The translations under genes were made by a program, and so were the position numbers. A stretch of 56,502 nucleotides of DNA, filler included, from Catajapyx aquilonaris (taxonomy: Eukaryota): the NCBI GenBank assembly GCA_000934665.2. It is 3 parts of 3 records of this genome, joined end to end, with 100 filler letters (N's around TTAATTAATTAA, not from the genome) between each part and the next. Parts side by side here need not be neighbours in the genome. Positions count along the whole stretch, not along the records: positions 37,798 to 56,502 come from JYFJ02006629.1; 2 more parts are not named here. The stretch is one strand, 5' to 3'. Under the pieces are notes generated by a model. The model made no database searches and was not told the DNA's origin. It saw only the letters and a program-made list of their open reading frames with translations. Shown piece after piece: positions 46,014-56,502 of this stretch. Within the stretch, counting starts at the first letter, position 1; every line of letters starts with the position of its first letter.

Positions 46014-46145
46014 CAGTGGTTTTCTAACTGGGGTATGCGTACCCCTGGGGGTATGCGAACACAATTTTGGGGGTCCGTGAAAGATAATGTGCAATGGCGT
46101 CCAGTCTCTACATTTCGGAACATTTCTACAGTTCGGGAACCACTG
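46014..46145. mobile_element. hAT (Charlie-like) MITE
   Basis: TIRs cagtggttttctaac / gttcgggaaccactg; perfect 8-bp TSD gcctagga at 46006-46013 and 46146-46153. Confidence 0.88.
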
Positions 46146-46317
46146 GCCTAGGACATTGCCTACTACACTTAATGGGATCATATCTTCAATTTCAATTTCA
46201 TGGAAACACTTAAACTTTAAATGAAAAGGTAAGGGCATATGGAGAGAGACATACCTGCCAAGACATTTTATACCTTGTGTTTGAAGCCCATTATATTGGT
46301 AACTAGGCGCCAGACAG

Positions 46318-46600
46318 GGAGGCATGGTGGTCTGGTGGTTACGCCACTGGCCAGCCAAGCGGGAGGCCGGGGTTCAAGTCCCGTCCCCGTCACCTCTGCT
46401 TGGCCGGGTCTTTTTCCGCTTTTCACCCGACATGCCGGGGCAGAATTGCACTCCCTACTCTGCTCAGGGCCAGGAGAAAAGGCCTGGTGTTTAAAGAATG
46501 TCAGAAATGACTACCGCACAGTGCCCTCCCTTGGGAACCTCCCCTTCCCCCCTAAAAGGGCTCCACCCTATCAGGGGGTAAATATATATATATATAATTA
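46318..46600 (+). mobile_element. tRNA-derived SINE (family S2)
   Basis: gggaggcatggtggtctggtggtta (A box), ggggttcaagtccc (B box), (TA)n/A-rich tail at about 46580-46610. Confidence 0.65.
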
Positions 46601-47892
46601 AAAATAATAATAATTTTTCAAAAACTTGGCGGCGGAGACTCTCAACACCTATCTATAAATTGAGAACCCTTCTACCATCCCCCAAAGTGAAGGCATGTTA
46701 AATTTTTGCACCCTCTATGCAGGTAGTTCTCATTTTATGACTTCATTTACAACTCTGTTTTGCTGGAACCTAATCCCGGTGTAAAACAGGGTCTGCGTGT
46801 ATTATGAATCATCCATTCTTCCTGTGAATTTCTGTGAATTTTCAATTGGCAATAGCCCATTGGAACAATAATTCACATCGTCATTGCTGACTACCCCTCA
46901 TAGGGAAAATATGTTGCAGGCATTAAAACAGTTCATATACTGGTAACTAATATTAGCTGCTGCTCTTATTATTGATAACCTCCCAAATTAACTGCTCCAA
47001 GTAATTGCTTAAAATCAAGAAGGGTAGGAGGAAAAAATCTCTGGAAATGGATCCTCCATTGGAACATGCTTGTATTTCGTTATTGGCCATCAGTGTCAGT
47101 TTGAATAAGATGTACATTATTATTTATGATCTAATCATACATGTTGATGTGGATGCCTACAAGGTTGGCTGATTAGTATGTGAAAGGTTGATTTGGATAA
47201 GGGGCAAGGGAGTAACAACTTTGTGGAACCAGTGTACAGGGTCCCGCTGGAACCAGCTTGGAACCAGTCCGGAGCCGGGTGGAACCACCGGGTTCCAGGA
47301 TCTGGTGTACACTTTTTTGGGGAGTTGTTACCCCCTTGATAAGGGCTCATTATACTACTGGAACAAACTGCCTTGTACTGTATCCCTGTAAGCAGCACCA
47401 GCATTGGAATGGGTGGAAGCATGCATGAATCAACGCTCTCTCATGGAAGAGGGTTGCTAGGATGAGTCATGCATGCTTCCACCTGTGCCTGCATTGGTGC
47501 TGCTGATGGGGTATAATGCAGTTTTTTTCCCCAGCAGTGTACCAGATTCATTTTTTTTTTTTTTTCACAATGTAGTTGCCTGGAAATATGCTTGACTAAC
47601 TTACTAACATACGGTACTGAATATTTGTGGATGTCTGTCTGTCCTTGATGCAAATCAATATGGAGCCCTTAAGAATTTATTGTCAGGGGTGTGGGTTCCA
47701 TAGGGGTAACTTTTGATGGGGAAGTTCATGGTGGATCAGATTTGACTTAGGTCATCTGCAGATGCAGAGAGGCCAAATGAGGCCAAAATGGATTGATTGA
47801 TTGTTTACAACACTACTATGGAAATGAATGCATTTGATGATGATGACCCTGAATGGTTGTTGTCATCTGTAGTTGCTCAGATACATAACATA

Positions 47893-48690
47893 CTAGGGGT
47901 GTTCGGAAATTAATGACCTTCTCCATGAAGGCTTTTGCCATTAGACACTAAAATTGGTCACCATGTAGAGATGTGCCTGCCCGGATCACAGGATATGGCA
48001 TCATTCTGATATGAAGCAAAAAACCAGATTTGCGAATCACGTGAGCATAATATTAGAGTAGACTTTTTCATGTTTACTGCTATTGTCCCCAACGTCCATC
48101 ACAGGACTGAAACTGAAACCACCCATAACTCATTTTCGACCAAAAGTGGACTTACCCTTTTCCCCTCCCTCCTCCTACCCCCACCACCTCGTATCCCCAA
48201 ACCGCCTGCCCCTTTCCCCTTTAAAAAATCTATCCTAACAAACCCATCTTTTAGACCTTTTTTCTCCTCCGAGAAAAAAGTCTTGTAGAACAGCTCTGTC
48301 TTTTTTTCTCGGAAAAGTCTAAAAGGGAGGAGAAAGTGAGAGCAGTGCAAAGTGCTGTGAGACTTCACTGTGGCAAGTTTTGAGCATCATTCTGCATCAC
48401 TTTGAAGAATTGTACTGCAAATATTCATAAGGACATGTGTGAGACACTGGGGGATGATTGCAGATAATATCCAATGGTCTAGAAATGGGTTGCATGCTTC
48501 AACTGTGGGCAAGAGAGCCTGGATGTGACCACCACCGTGGAAGGCCTGCAGCTGCTGTTATGGAGAAAAACATCTACGCTGTGGAGACCAGTGTAATGGC
48601 CAACAAGTGGTTGGCAGGGCAATATATAGCAGAGGTCCTGTGCATGGATACATGAGCCCTTATTCAAATCAACCATTAAATATTTTTTGT
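47893..48690 (+). pseudogene. Degraded mariner element with N-terminal transposase relic (about 48380-48655)
   Basis: TIR-like ta|ctaggggtgttcggaaa. Translation with stops and frameshifts, TLKNCTANIHKDMCETLGDDCR*YPMV*KWVACFNCGQESLD/DHHRGRPAAAVMEKNIYAVETSVMANKWLAGQYIAEVL, matches the mariner HTH region (..W...F..G..SL.D..R.GRP....T.ENI..V...V..DRR.T...IA). Confidence 0.75.
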
Positions 48691-48959
48691 GAATTTTCGT
48701 TTCAGCAAGCCAAAAGTGGGTTTAAACAATGGCATATGTATGTATGAACAAACTAAATTGGAACTATTTTGGCTGCATCAGCTGTACGACGTGGAAGCTG
48801 CACATATGGTGGATTTTGACTTCATGATGTGACTGCTTTGTTCAGTATCTTCCAGTGAAATAAAGATTGCTTTTGTTACTAATTATTGAAGTGGAATAAG
48901 TTTGCTTGAAATTAACCCAGATATCCCGAGTGTCCCCTATAGGGGACACCTGCACAGTT

Positions 48960-49300
48960 ATATAATATAATATCCGGGGTAGTGCTGACCTCATCAGAGG
49001 TATGTAGCACGGACCTTTATTTATTTTTGTCGTGTACATTGGAGCCTTTATGCGTAACGCCCGGGCCCACGGGCAGGATGACAGGAGGGGATGTGCAAGG
49101 TGCAGTGCAATGTCTTAAACATGGCCATTTTTAGTGAACTCCCCCGGGTGGTTTAGTCTGTGGAAATACCACCCGAGACGAAGCCAGAGGTGACCCTGAA
49201 CTCTGCACGAGATGAAGGGGGTGTCCCCGGGTTGGGATCAAACCCGGGACCTTAACATCCATGGGCGCGTACGTTACCGCAGCACCACTTCGCCTCCCCT
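48960..49300 (-). mobile_element. tRNA-derived SINE (family S3)
   Basis: Minus strand ggggaggcgaagtggtgctgcggtaa...cccgggtttgatccc; (atata)n tail at 48960-48973; 15-bp TSD gacacctgcacagtt at 48945-48959 and 49301-49315. Confidence 0.8.
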
Positions 49301-50660
49301 GACACCTGCACAGTTGTTACATTTTAATTTTTTGTGCAGGTTCTTATGCTGCAAAAGAGCTGGAAGTAGTCAAGTGTGCTTCAGTCGAGTCCCAGCTAAC
49401 GATACAAGTTCAAACCTGCTCAATATTGCTTCAGATTTTTAAGATACAGGTGTTTGAATTTTAACGCAGGAAATAATGGCTTCACCTCCACGTTCCGAAG
49501 ACGATTAGTAATAAATTCTCGAATGTTGATTAGCATGATGAGTTATTTTTTTGTTTGTAATAATTAGAAAACTTATGAATGATGATGTCGATGTGTGTGG
49601 ATTTTGTAAGCTTTGTTGAACTGTATTTTAATGAATCCATACAATTAAAATGAGATTACATGGCAATTGATTAACATGGCAACCTTTGCAACAACCCTTG
49701 ATTGTTGTTGATTGTGACTCAATCACAACCCCTTCTTTGCACTGCCTGTTTCCGTGGTAATGCAATCAACAACTGTTACAGCCATACTAGGTTACATTTT
49801 CCTACCATCCCATAATTATAGGGAACTGCCATTTTCTCGCAAACAAGAATACAGAAAAATGTTTTATCTGGATTTTTGTGTTTTGGGAACTAACATGAAC
49901 TAATAGAAACAAAAAAAGTTCAAAAATTCATCAAGAACATTTCCAGGCATATCTGGGTTAATACTAACTTGTAAGCAGTGTCATTTTGAAGGACAAGTTA
50001 GCATTTACTTGAGGCACAGTAACAATGGCTGAAGGCATGATATTGTGGTCAAATATCTTGAAAGCTTATATCCCACCAATATGATTCTTGTCATCTAAGT
50101 ACACAGGTAATTTCATACGTCATCTACGTAAGTATGAAGGAAATGTGATTAGGCATTGGACATTTTGTAATACTGAGGTTGACAAAATTCGACTATGCCA
50201 GATTGCCAGTTGAGAAGTGGCAAGAGAGCATGTTTAAGTCAGAAATTTGCAGGTGTCGATGGATCTTCAGATTTCTCACATAATCGACAAGAGGATGCAG
50301 GCCATATGTGGTGAAGGTGCACCTTTCTTATAGGAAGGAGAGTTTTCGTTGAAGTAGTTGAAGTGAGGCAGGGAGTCCATAGGAAATGATCCCAACCCAG
50401 GATGACTGGTTCAGGTTTAGTTTAATTTGTTTAAGGAGCTGAGGCAAATAAGTCATGACAGGCCACATATGTGTGATGTAGCTGTAAGGTGGTGCCCTAC
50501 GGGCACCATTAGCGTTCCAGTGAACTCTCAATCTTCCCATGACCAGTCATTCCAATGAAGACTGTTATTGCAGTCTTGCAACATGCATGGAGATGTTGCA
50601 TTGGAATGCCAGTCAATGTCTCTGGTGCAGGGGCTTGGGACCTACTGTACCTTCCATTAA

Positions 50661-51459
50661 CCCTAGAACCGTGCCTTGCCTGAAAGTTACGTTAACTCTG
50701 CCGTGGGGTCTCCATATTTTAATTTTTATTAATTTTTACATAATACTTTTCAATGTATTGACTATATGCAATCATTCTTTGAACAATGCCTAAAATGATC
50801 GCTAATTCAACTTCCTGTTATATACTTTTTTTAAATGGCAACAGTTCATTTTTGTAGTGGAGAGTTTTCTTTCGCGTATTCCGGGAACCGTGACGTGGGG
50901 TCCTTCGACCCAGTCTCTACCACAAGGTTCAGACCGTCCATAAAGTACACCAAATGGACATTTTTGGCTGTGGCATACCGGATAAGAAACAGGGAGAGAA
51001 CCACCATCACAAATGACGTCACGCCCTGTGCCCCCCCCCCCNCCCCCCAAAAAAAAAGGAACTAAACTTTTACCCCACATTAGCAATTGGTCACTAACTG
51101 ATTACGTGTCCGACGAAAAGTCGCCCGACCACAACTCACCCAACGACAATTCGTCGTATGAAAAGTCGCCTGATCCAAATTCGCTGACGAAAACTCGGTA
51201 CTTCACTGAAAAAATAGCTTGTAATAAGAACTGACACAAACGAGTATGCCCGGAACCATGACGTGGGATCCTTTCGGATCCCACGTGAGGATGGTTCCAA
51301 AAACCAAGATTTATCTACATTTTGGTAGGTGTGAAAATTATGAAACCGGATTTGATCCATGAAAGGAAGTTTTTTTGAGATTATCATTTCAAGATCACTC
51401 ATTGCAATGCATTTTAATACCTTTGGGGTCTGAAAAGACCCCACAGCACTGTTCCAGGG
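50661..51459. mobile_element. piggyBac-type non-autonomous element
   Basis: TIRs ccctagaaccgtgc / gcactgttccaggg, flanked by TTAA (50657-50660, 51460-51463); subterminal ggggtc..gacccc palindrome as in 39031-41050. Confidence 0.75.
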
Positions 51460-51705
51460 TTAAGACAGCACTGCCCATGCTTCTACATGTGCACTGTTTG
51501 AGTTTATAACTTCATCTCATTTTACCCTGAGCAATAGCACAGTGGAATCACAGGGAATCTACTGACGATTTGTAGGTACATCATTTTGCCCTTACTGGAG
51601 ATGAAGCATCAAAATAGTTGGCATTACAAACAGATGGGTTTTAATACATTTATGTTTTGCGGTTTTAAAAAAAACCAAATTCCAAGCATCGCTTCAAGGG
51701 ACTGC

Positions 51706-52416
51706 AGAAATTAGTCTATAATAACCAAGGTCTGTTATAGCCAAATCGACACTTTTGGAATGAATACACAAAGTTTTTTGTCTGCCATATGCCTGTAATG
51801 CACACTATTGCATGGTGATAAATGAAACTATCCACAAAAATGAGAAATTACCTCACCCATAAATTGTGCAGGACAAAAAAAAATCCATAATTTTCTTCTG
51901 CCGTCTTCTTGTTGCCAAATATACCAGAAAAATAATGCGTTTGACCTTTTTGACAAGTGTGAAGGAGTGCCTCTTACATTTGCTGCACGACATCTTGGCC
52001 GTCTTCATCTCACCAGCAGAGTGTGCCAATTCATTGGTGGGAACCAAGGTCAGATCTGTGACCCAGCACAAGGGAAGCAGTTTATTAAGATTTCCGAATA
52101 TTATTGAACAGAGAAAGTGTGCCTCAACCTTCAGATGCAAAACTTGAGACTAAAGAAGTGACTGATGGGAAAATCACTTGGCCGCTCCAGTGAACAGTAC
52201 CTTCCTCTTGTGGGAAATGAAGCCAGGAAATCAGAAGCAGCATCCCATGAAGGGGTCAAGGAATGGTCTGTTATATCTGAGGTCAGGTGAAAAATGAGTG
52301 CTATATCTGGAGCGAAAATAAGCAGCGCCTGATGGAAGTATGGTGGGATCAGCTATTAAAGTTCATGATAACCAAGAGTCTGTTATAGCCAAGGCTGTTA
52401 TATCTGGAGTCAACTG
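51706..52416. mobile_element. Family A MITE, old degenerate copy
   Basis: Colinear with 888-1624 (tagccaaatcg.cactttt, tgtaatgcacacta, ctatccacaaa, ccgtct..tt.ttgccaaa, atggaagtatgg, gttatatctggagtcaactg). Confidence 0.75.
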
Positions 52417-54147
52417 CATTTGTCAAGTCCATAGATGTGTTTTAGATCATTCAAGCAGAATGACTGTAAAGTTGTAAACAAAACGTGAGTTTCTGTCATC
52501 AATGCCAAAGGTCAATAGCTCCTATTATTTAATGTTGATATAAGAGGGGTTTCTAACAATACTCCCACTTCAGGCCTCAGACACACACTACACATGCCTG
52601 TTTATGTCCATGACTGTAGGCCTATATTAATGTTGGAGCAAACATTTACCAATTCCAGGGAACTTGCTGAGTCGAGCTACAAGAATGTCCTACCTATTTG
52701 GCAGGGCAAGTGGTGCCATGTTGGGAATAGATGGTGACAGGTACTGCAAAATGCAACAAAATTGTTATTACCTGCAAATGTCTGGCTGTGGAGATGAAAT
52801 GTTCACATGTTGATTGTGGACCTCATTTATTTAGGCATCGTAAACAAACATGTGGCATGTAAAACCATGGAACCAGTTACAAAACACTTGGAATGTCAAA
52901 GTGCTGATAGAAAGAAACAACATGGATCACATATTAGCACACTTGCATTCAGTACTGTAAAAAATTCCATATCAATGTGGATTTATTGATATGAAATAAG
53001 GATCATTTTCAATAACCTGATTAAATTGCTCCCTGATTACAAAACATTATTACTGTGACATGTAACAAGTAGACTAGATGCACCCACTGCTAGGAACAAC
53101 CTGGGAATATTGATATCTTCCCTTGTCCTTGTTTTCATGCAAAGTTGCAATAATAATGAGGAAAACAAAGGTCTTAATTAGTGACTTCCTTTTGCATGTA
53201 ATAAAAAATAAATTCTAACACATTGAGCGGAATTTCTGGGTAATCACTAACTATAGTTTAATATATTATGTAAGACCATTAAAAACATTGGCAATTTATT
53301 CCTCATTATTTTTAAAAAGCTAAGCATGAGCTACACTTCAGTGTGACTTTTTATGACCATTCCCTAAGTCTACATTTCATCTCAGTGTAACCATTCACTC
53401 CTGACATCCTCACTATAGCCTTTCTTTCCTCTCCCCATGACACTGCCTCATCTCTGGCGGCTGCTGGTCACTTTGCCTCTTTTCGTTACTTTTCAGGCAG
53501 CATTAAGTGCATGCAATTTAATGATACAACCCTTTAATAGTAAACCCCCAACTAACAGGCTTTAGATGTGTTGTTCTCATCAGTGGAGTAAACTCCACTA
53601 TTTAATGGCCAAAATTTAATATTCTACTTAGCGGTGGAAACCTGTTACCAATGTTTTTGATTGGACTTTACAAGTAGCCCATATCTGGCAATTCTAACCA
53701 GTCTTTTGGTGCCTCAAAAAAATATTACTTAAAAACAACGCTCAGTCTTCAACATTACATGTTTTCATTCACCTTCGTGTACTGAAAATTGACAAATTTT
53801 AGGTTGAAAAATGGCTAACGTGCTAGTAGGGGACTGAAATCTTCCCTTGTGTAAGGTGAAAAATACGTACAAAAAGTGTTCGATGATACTCGATAACGGC
53901 CACACACATGTGCGAAAAGAAAAAAATTACAGTAGAAAATGTTTTTCAAATGGAACCTTTTTCTGGCACATTTCATAGCAATCAAAAGTTCCTGTAAGGC
54001 AATTTTTAGTTGCAAAATGGTAAGTGGATATTCCATCACAAAACTTGTTACATATGGCTTCTATGCTGACTTAGTACCGATTTTGACTGGACATTTCAAC
54101 TAGTCTGTTCTTACAAACTTGGTACAGCTTCTCTATTTTTGTCATCA

Positions 54148-55877
54148 TTAGAGTTGCAGGACTAGGCCTGCTGAAGATATGTTATCTCCTGCCCCTGCTG
54201 TCTGCCTGACTACAGTGCAAACTAACACTGGAGCCACACATATCTCAACTTCAGTCTTGCCATCATCTAGTGTTTCTTCCCAGCATGATACAGGTTGATG
54301 TACTTCAAAATATTTGCGGGTGCTACCATCACGCCGCGAAGTGGCAAAGCTCTCATCCATTATCAGGCGTGCCTTAGACACATCAATCTAGAAGAAAATT
54401 TTGCTTCACCACACTTATTCCAACTCTTCACATTGTGCAACAACAACAACAACACATCTTTTATACCCATGTTAGACCTCTTATGGGATATTTTAAATTT
54501 TAGTATTTTATTAAGTTTAAATCACGCTCCCAGTGATGATGGATTTTGATAGTGGGAAGCAACTAGAAAACTCCAAGAAAGCCCATATAAACCTGGAAAG
54601 AACTCACAGAAACTCCCTCCACGTAAGAAAATTGTCAACCTAATCTGAGGATTATACATGTACCTCGAACTGTGACGATAACCATTTCACTACCATGCCA
54701 AGACGACTCTGTAACCACCCACATCTTAATTTGATAAGTTGACCCACCTTTTTCGATCCACATGTGTGCCTATTGGCGGTGAGAGCAGCCTTGGCTGCAG
54801 CTGCCCTGCTGTGCTTCCATGGCGACCCTTTGGCAGTCATTATGGCCTGGTATGCCAAGGTGTGCACATGCAGACGATTCAGTACTCGCCTTCCCTGCAA
54901 CCTTGGTATGTACTGAAGCATGGAGAACACATCTCTCATCTGGTCCAACACCCCTGCCACTCGGGGATTGCTGTCTGACACTATGCTAATGTTTCCATAT
55001 GATAACATGCTGTGCAGATTCGGCAGCTCCTGAAATGTCAATGGTAAAATCACGTCGGTAGTCTTTCTTTACATATTTAAGTAAAATACAGTAAAATTTC
55101 TATAAGTCGAACTTCCCTAAGTCGAAGTTCTCTATAAGTCGAAGAAAATGATGAGCTTGGTTGGTCACAATGTAAAATAATGGGAAATAAACTTCCCTAA
55201 CTCGAATTTCTCCATAATTCGAAGTGTAGGCAGGGCCTTACGATGGGATTTCAATGCATTTTCAGTCTCCCTAAGTCGAAGTTCATGTTGGCGAGGACGG
55301 AAAATTTTCTCATTATCCCAGCCGAAGGGTTGAGAGTAGGCCACATGCACAGAAAGGCTCAATTTCCTGATCTCCGTCTACCAGACGTACCGAAAGAAGC
55401 ATTTGACTCGATTGTGACAATTGAATCCTTGAATCTAAGAGTAGGATAATGTCCATAACGGAGATATTTTTACAACAAAACAACGAGGAACACTGTAAGT
55501 GAGATAGTGAGAGTTATTTTTAAGTTTTGAACACCTTTCGTCACTGGATATACAGGTAGGCTTCCTGATAGAGTTATGCGCTTAAAAAATTGCGAACTTC
55601 TCTAACTTGAATCTTCTGTAACTCGAAGTTTTTTCCCGGTCCCATGGAGATTCGACTTATAGAAGTTTTACTGTACACTAAAATTGCATTGCTGAACAAT
55701 AGCTACAACATACCTGTTCATTCATGCCAAGAGAATCAGAGTAGTAGATGATGTTGTTTATCAGCTCTCCAAACAATTCCTCATCTGTGAGAGATGCCAT
55801 TTCAAAGTGGATTTTGGTTGACTTGGGTTGTGACACAATTTGGTCACGCACCTTTTTCAGTCGCTCTAAACGTTGGC
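54148..55877 (-). CDS. ADPGK: ADP-dependent glucokinase, last three coding exons (5' exons lie beyond the window)
   Basis: Exons 55877-55714, 55029-54748 and 54387-54148 have GT-AG boundaries and consistent phase. Translation includes IHFEMAS...DSLGMNEQ|ELPNL, RLHVHTLAYQAI, AAAAKAALTANRHTCG and the ribokinase-fold anion-hole motif APVLVC...TAGAGDNISSAGL; stop TAA at 54148-54150. Confidence 0.95.
55089..55673. mobile_element. Tc1/mariner (pogo/Tigger-like) MITE in an ADPGK intron
   Basis: TIRs cagtaaaatttctataagtcgaa / ttcgacttatagaagttttactg with TA flanks; it fills most of the 684-nt intron. Confidence 0.88.
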
Positions 55878-56264
55878 CTGTAAGATTATATGTAAACCCC
55901 ATATAGCTCCCCTTCTATACTTGTAATATTTGCCAAATTAATGCAATACTGTATGTGTGGTACATGAATGATTTCTAAACTTTTGCAGTCCTGGTGCATT
56001 TTCATTCTGAAATAAGGCTGACAGTACACTAAACTTTTGAATTTCCTGCACATTGATTGTAAGCTTTTCCTCATTCCTCCTATGATTTTACTTGGTAGAA
56101 AACCTTCACCCTTTTTAGCATGTAGAAACATGCAACAGGCAAAATTTTCTGGAAAGGGTTATTGGGAGAATACAGCCTAGTTTCACATTATGAGAGAGTG
56201 GTTGTACTAATAGATATGCATGCTGGGTTTTTGGACTTAGTGAATTTCTCCTGTATATCCATAT

Positions 56265-56502
56265 CAGGGAGCATATACTACATAAGAGGCACAAACTTCT
56301 GTCGGCGCCTTTGTTGTTCGCGTCTCTCTGTTTATAGGGCGTTGCCAAGGCCGGCGGCCATCTTGACGTGTGTGGTATGCCAACGAGGTATAAATATGGT
56401 ACAGGCAGGCCGTCAAGGTCCGCGGGGTCCGCCATCTTTGATGGTTTTGGCTGCCATGGCAATACACGGCAATAACATGCGCGAATTTGAATTCGATATT
56501 GG
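56265..56502 (+). repeat. Family B interspersed repeat copy in an ADPGK intron
   Basis: cagggagcatatactacataagagg...gccaacgaggt.taaata.ggtacaggcaggc...gtccgccatcttt...gcgcgaatttgaat matches 41220-41250 and 41579-41685. Confidence 0.8.

Noticed and set aside
20586..55877. Hemicentin + BRMS1-like + ADPGK as a functional gene cluster
   Set aside because: Hemicentin is on a different scaffold; the other two are unrelated housekeeping genes in ordinary convergent arrangement.

Overview
Eukaryotic (invertebrate, probably arthropod) genomic DNA, not prokaryotic. The window is an artificial concatenation of three scaffolds (1-18882, 18983-37697, 37798-56502), joined by identical 44N-TTAATTAATTAA-44N spacers, so gene neighbourhood across the joins means nothing. 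Scaffold 1 has no recognisable host gene: it is MITEs, SINEs, a small Helitron and tandem repeats. Scaffold 2 carries a compact hemicentin gene truncated at both ends. I could reconstruct 53 exons, covering the VWA C-terminal part, the hemicentin-specific region and about 30 I-set Ig domains. Scaffold 3 has the terminal exon of a BRMS1/BRMS1L-like gene (+) and the last three exons of ADP-dependent glucokinase (-), converging across repeat-rich DNA with deeply nested transposons. The most interesting observations are in hemicentin. One is a 10-residue insert with a furin-type site (RHKR|EADA) inside the disulfide loop of one Ig domain, which an in-frame alternative acceptor 30 nt downstream would remove exactly. 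The others are three GC-AG introns and a perfect 42-bp intronic hairpin. No CRISPR, rRNA or true tRNA gene was found, and I cannot claim a new multi-gene system. All family assignments come from recalled sequence knowledge; no database search was run.
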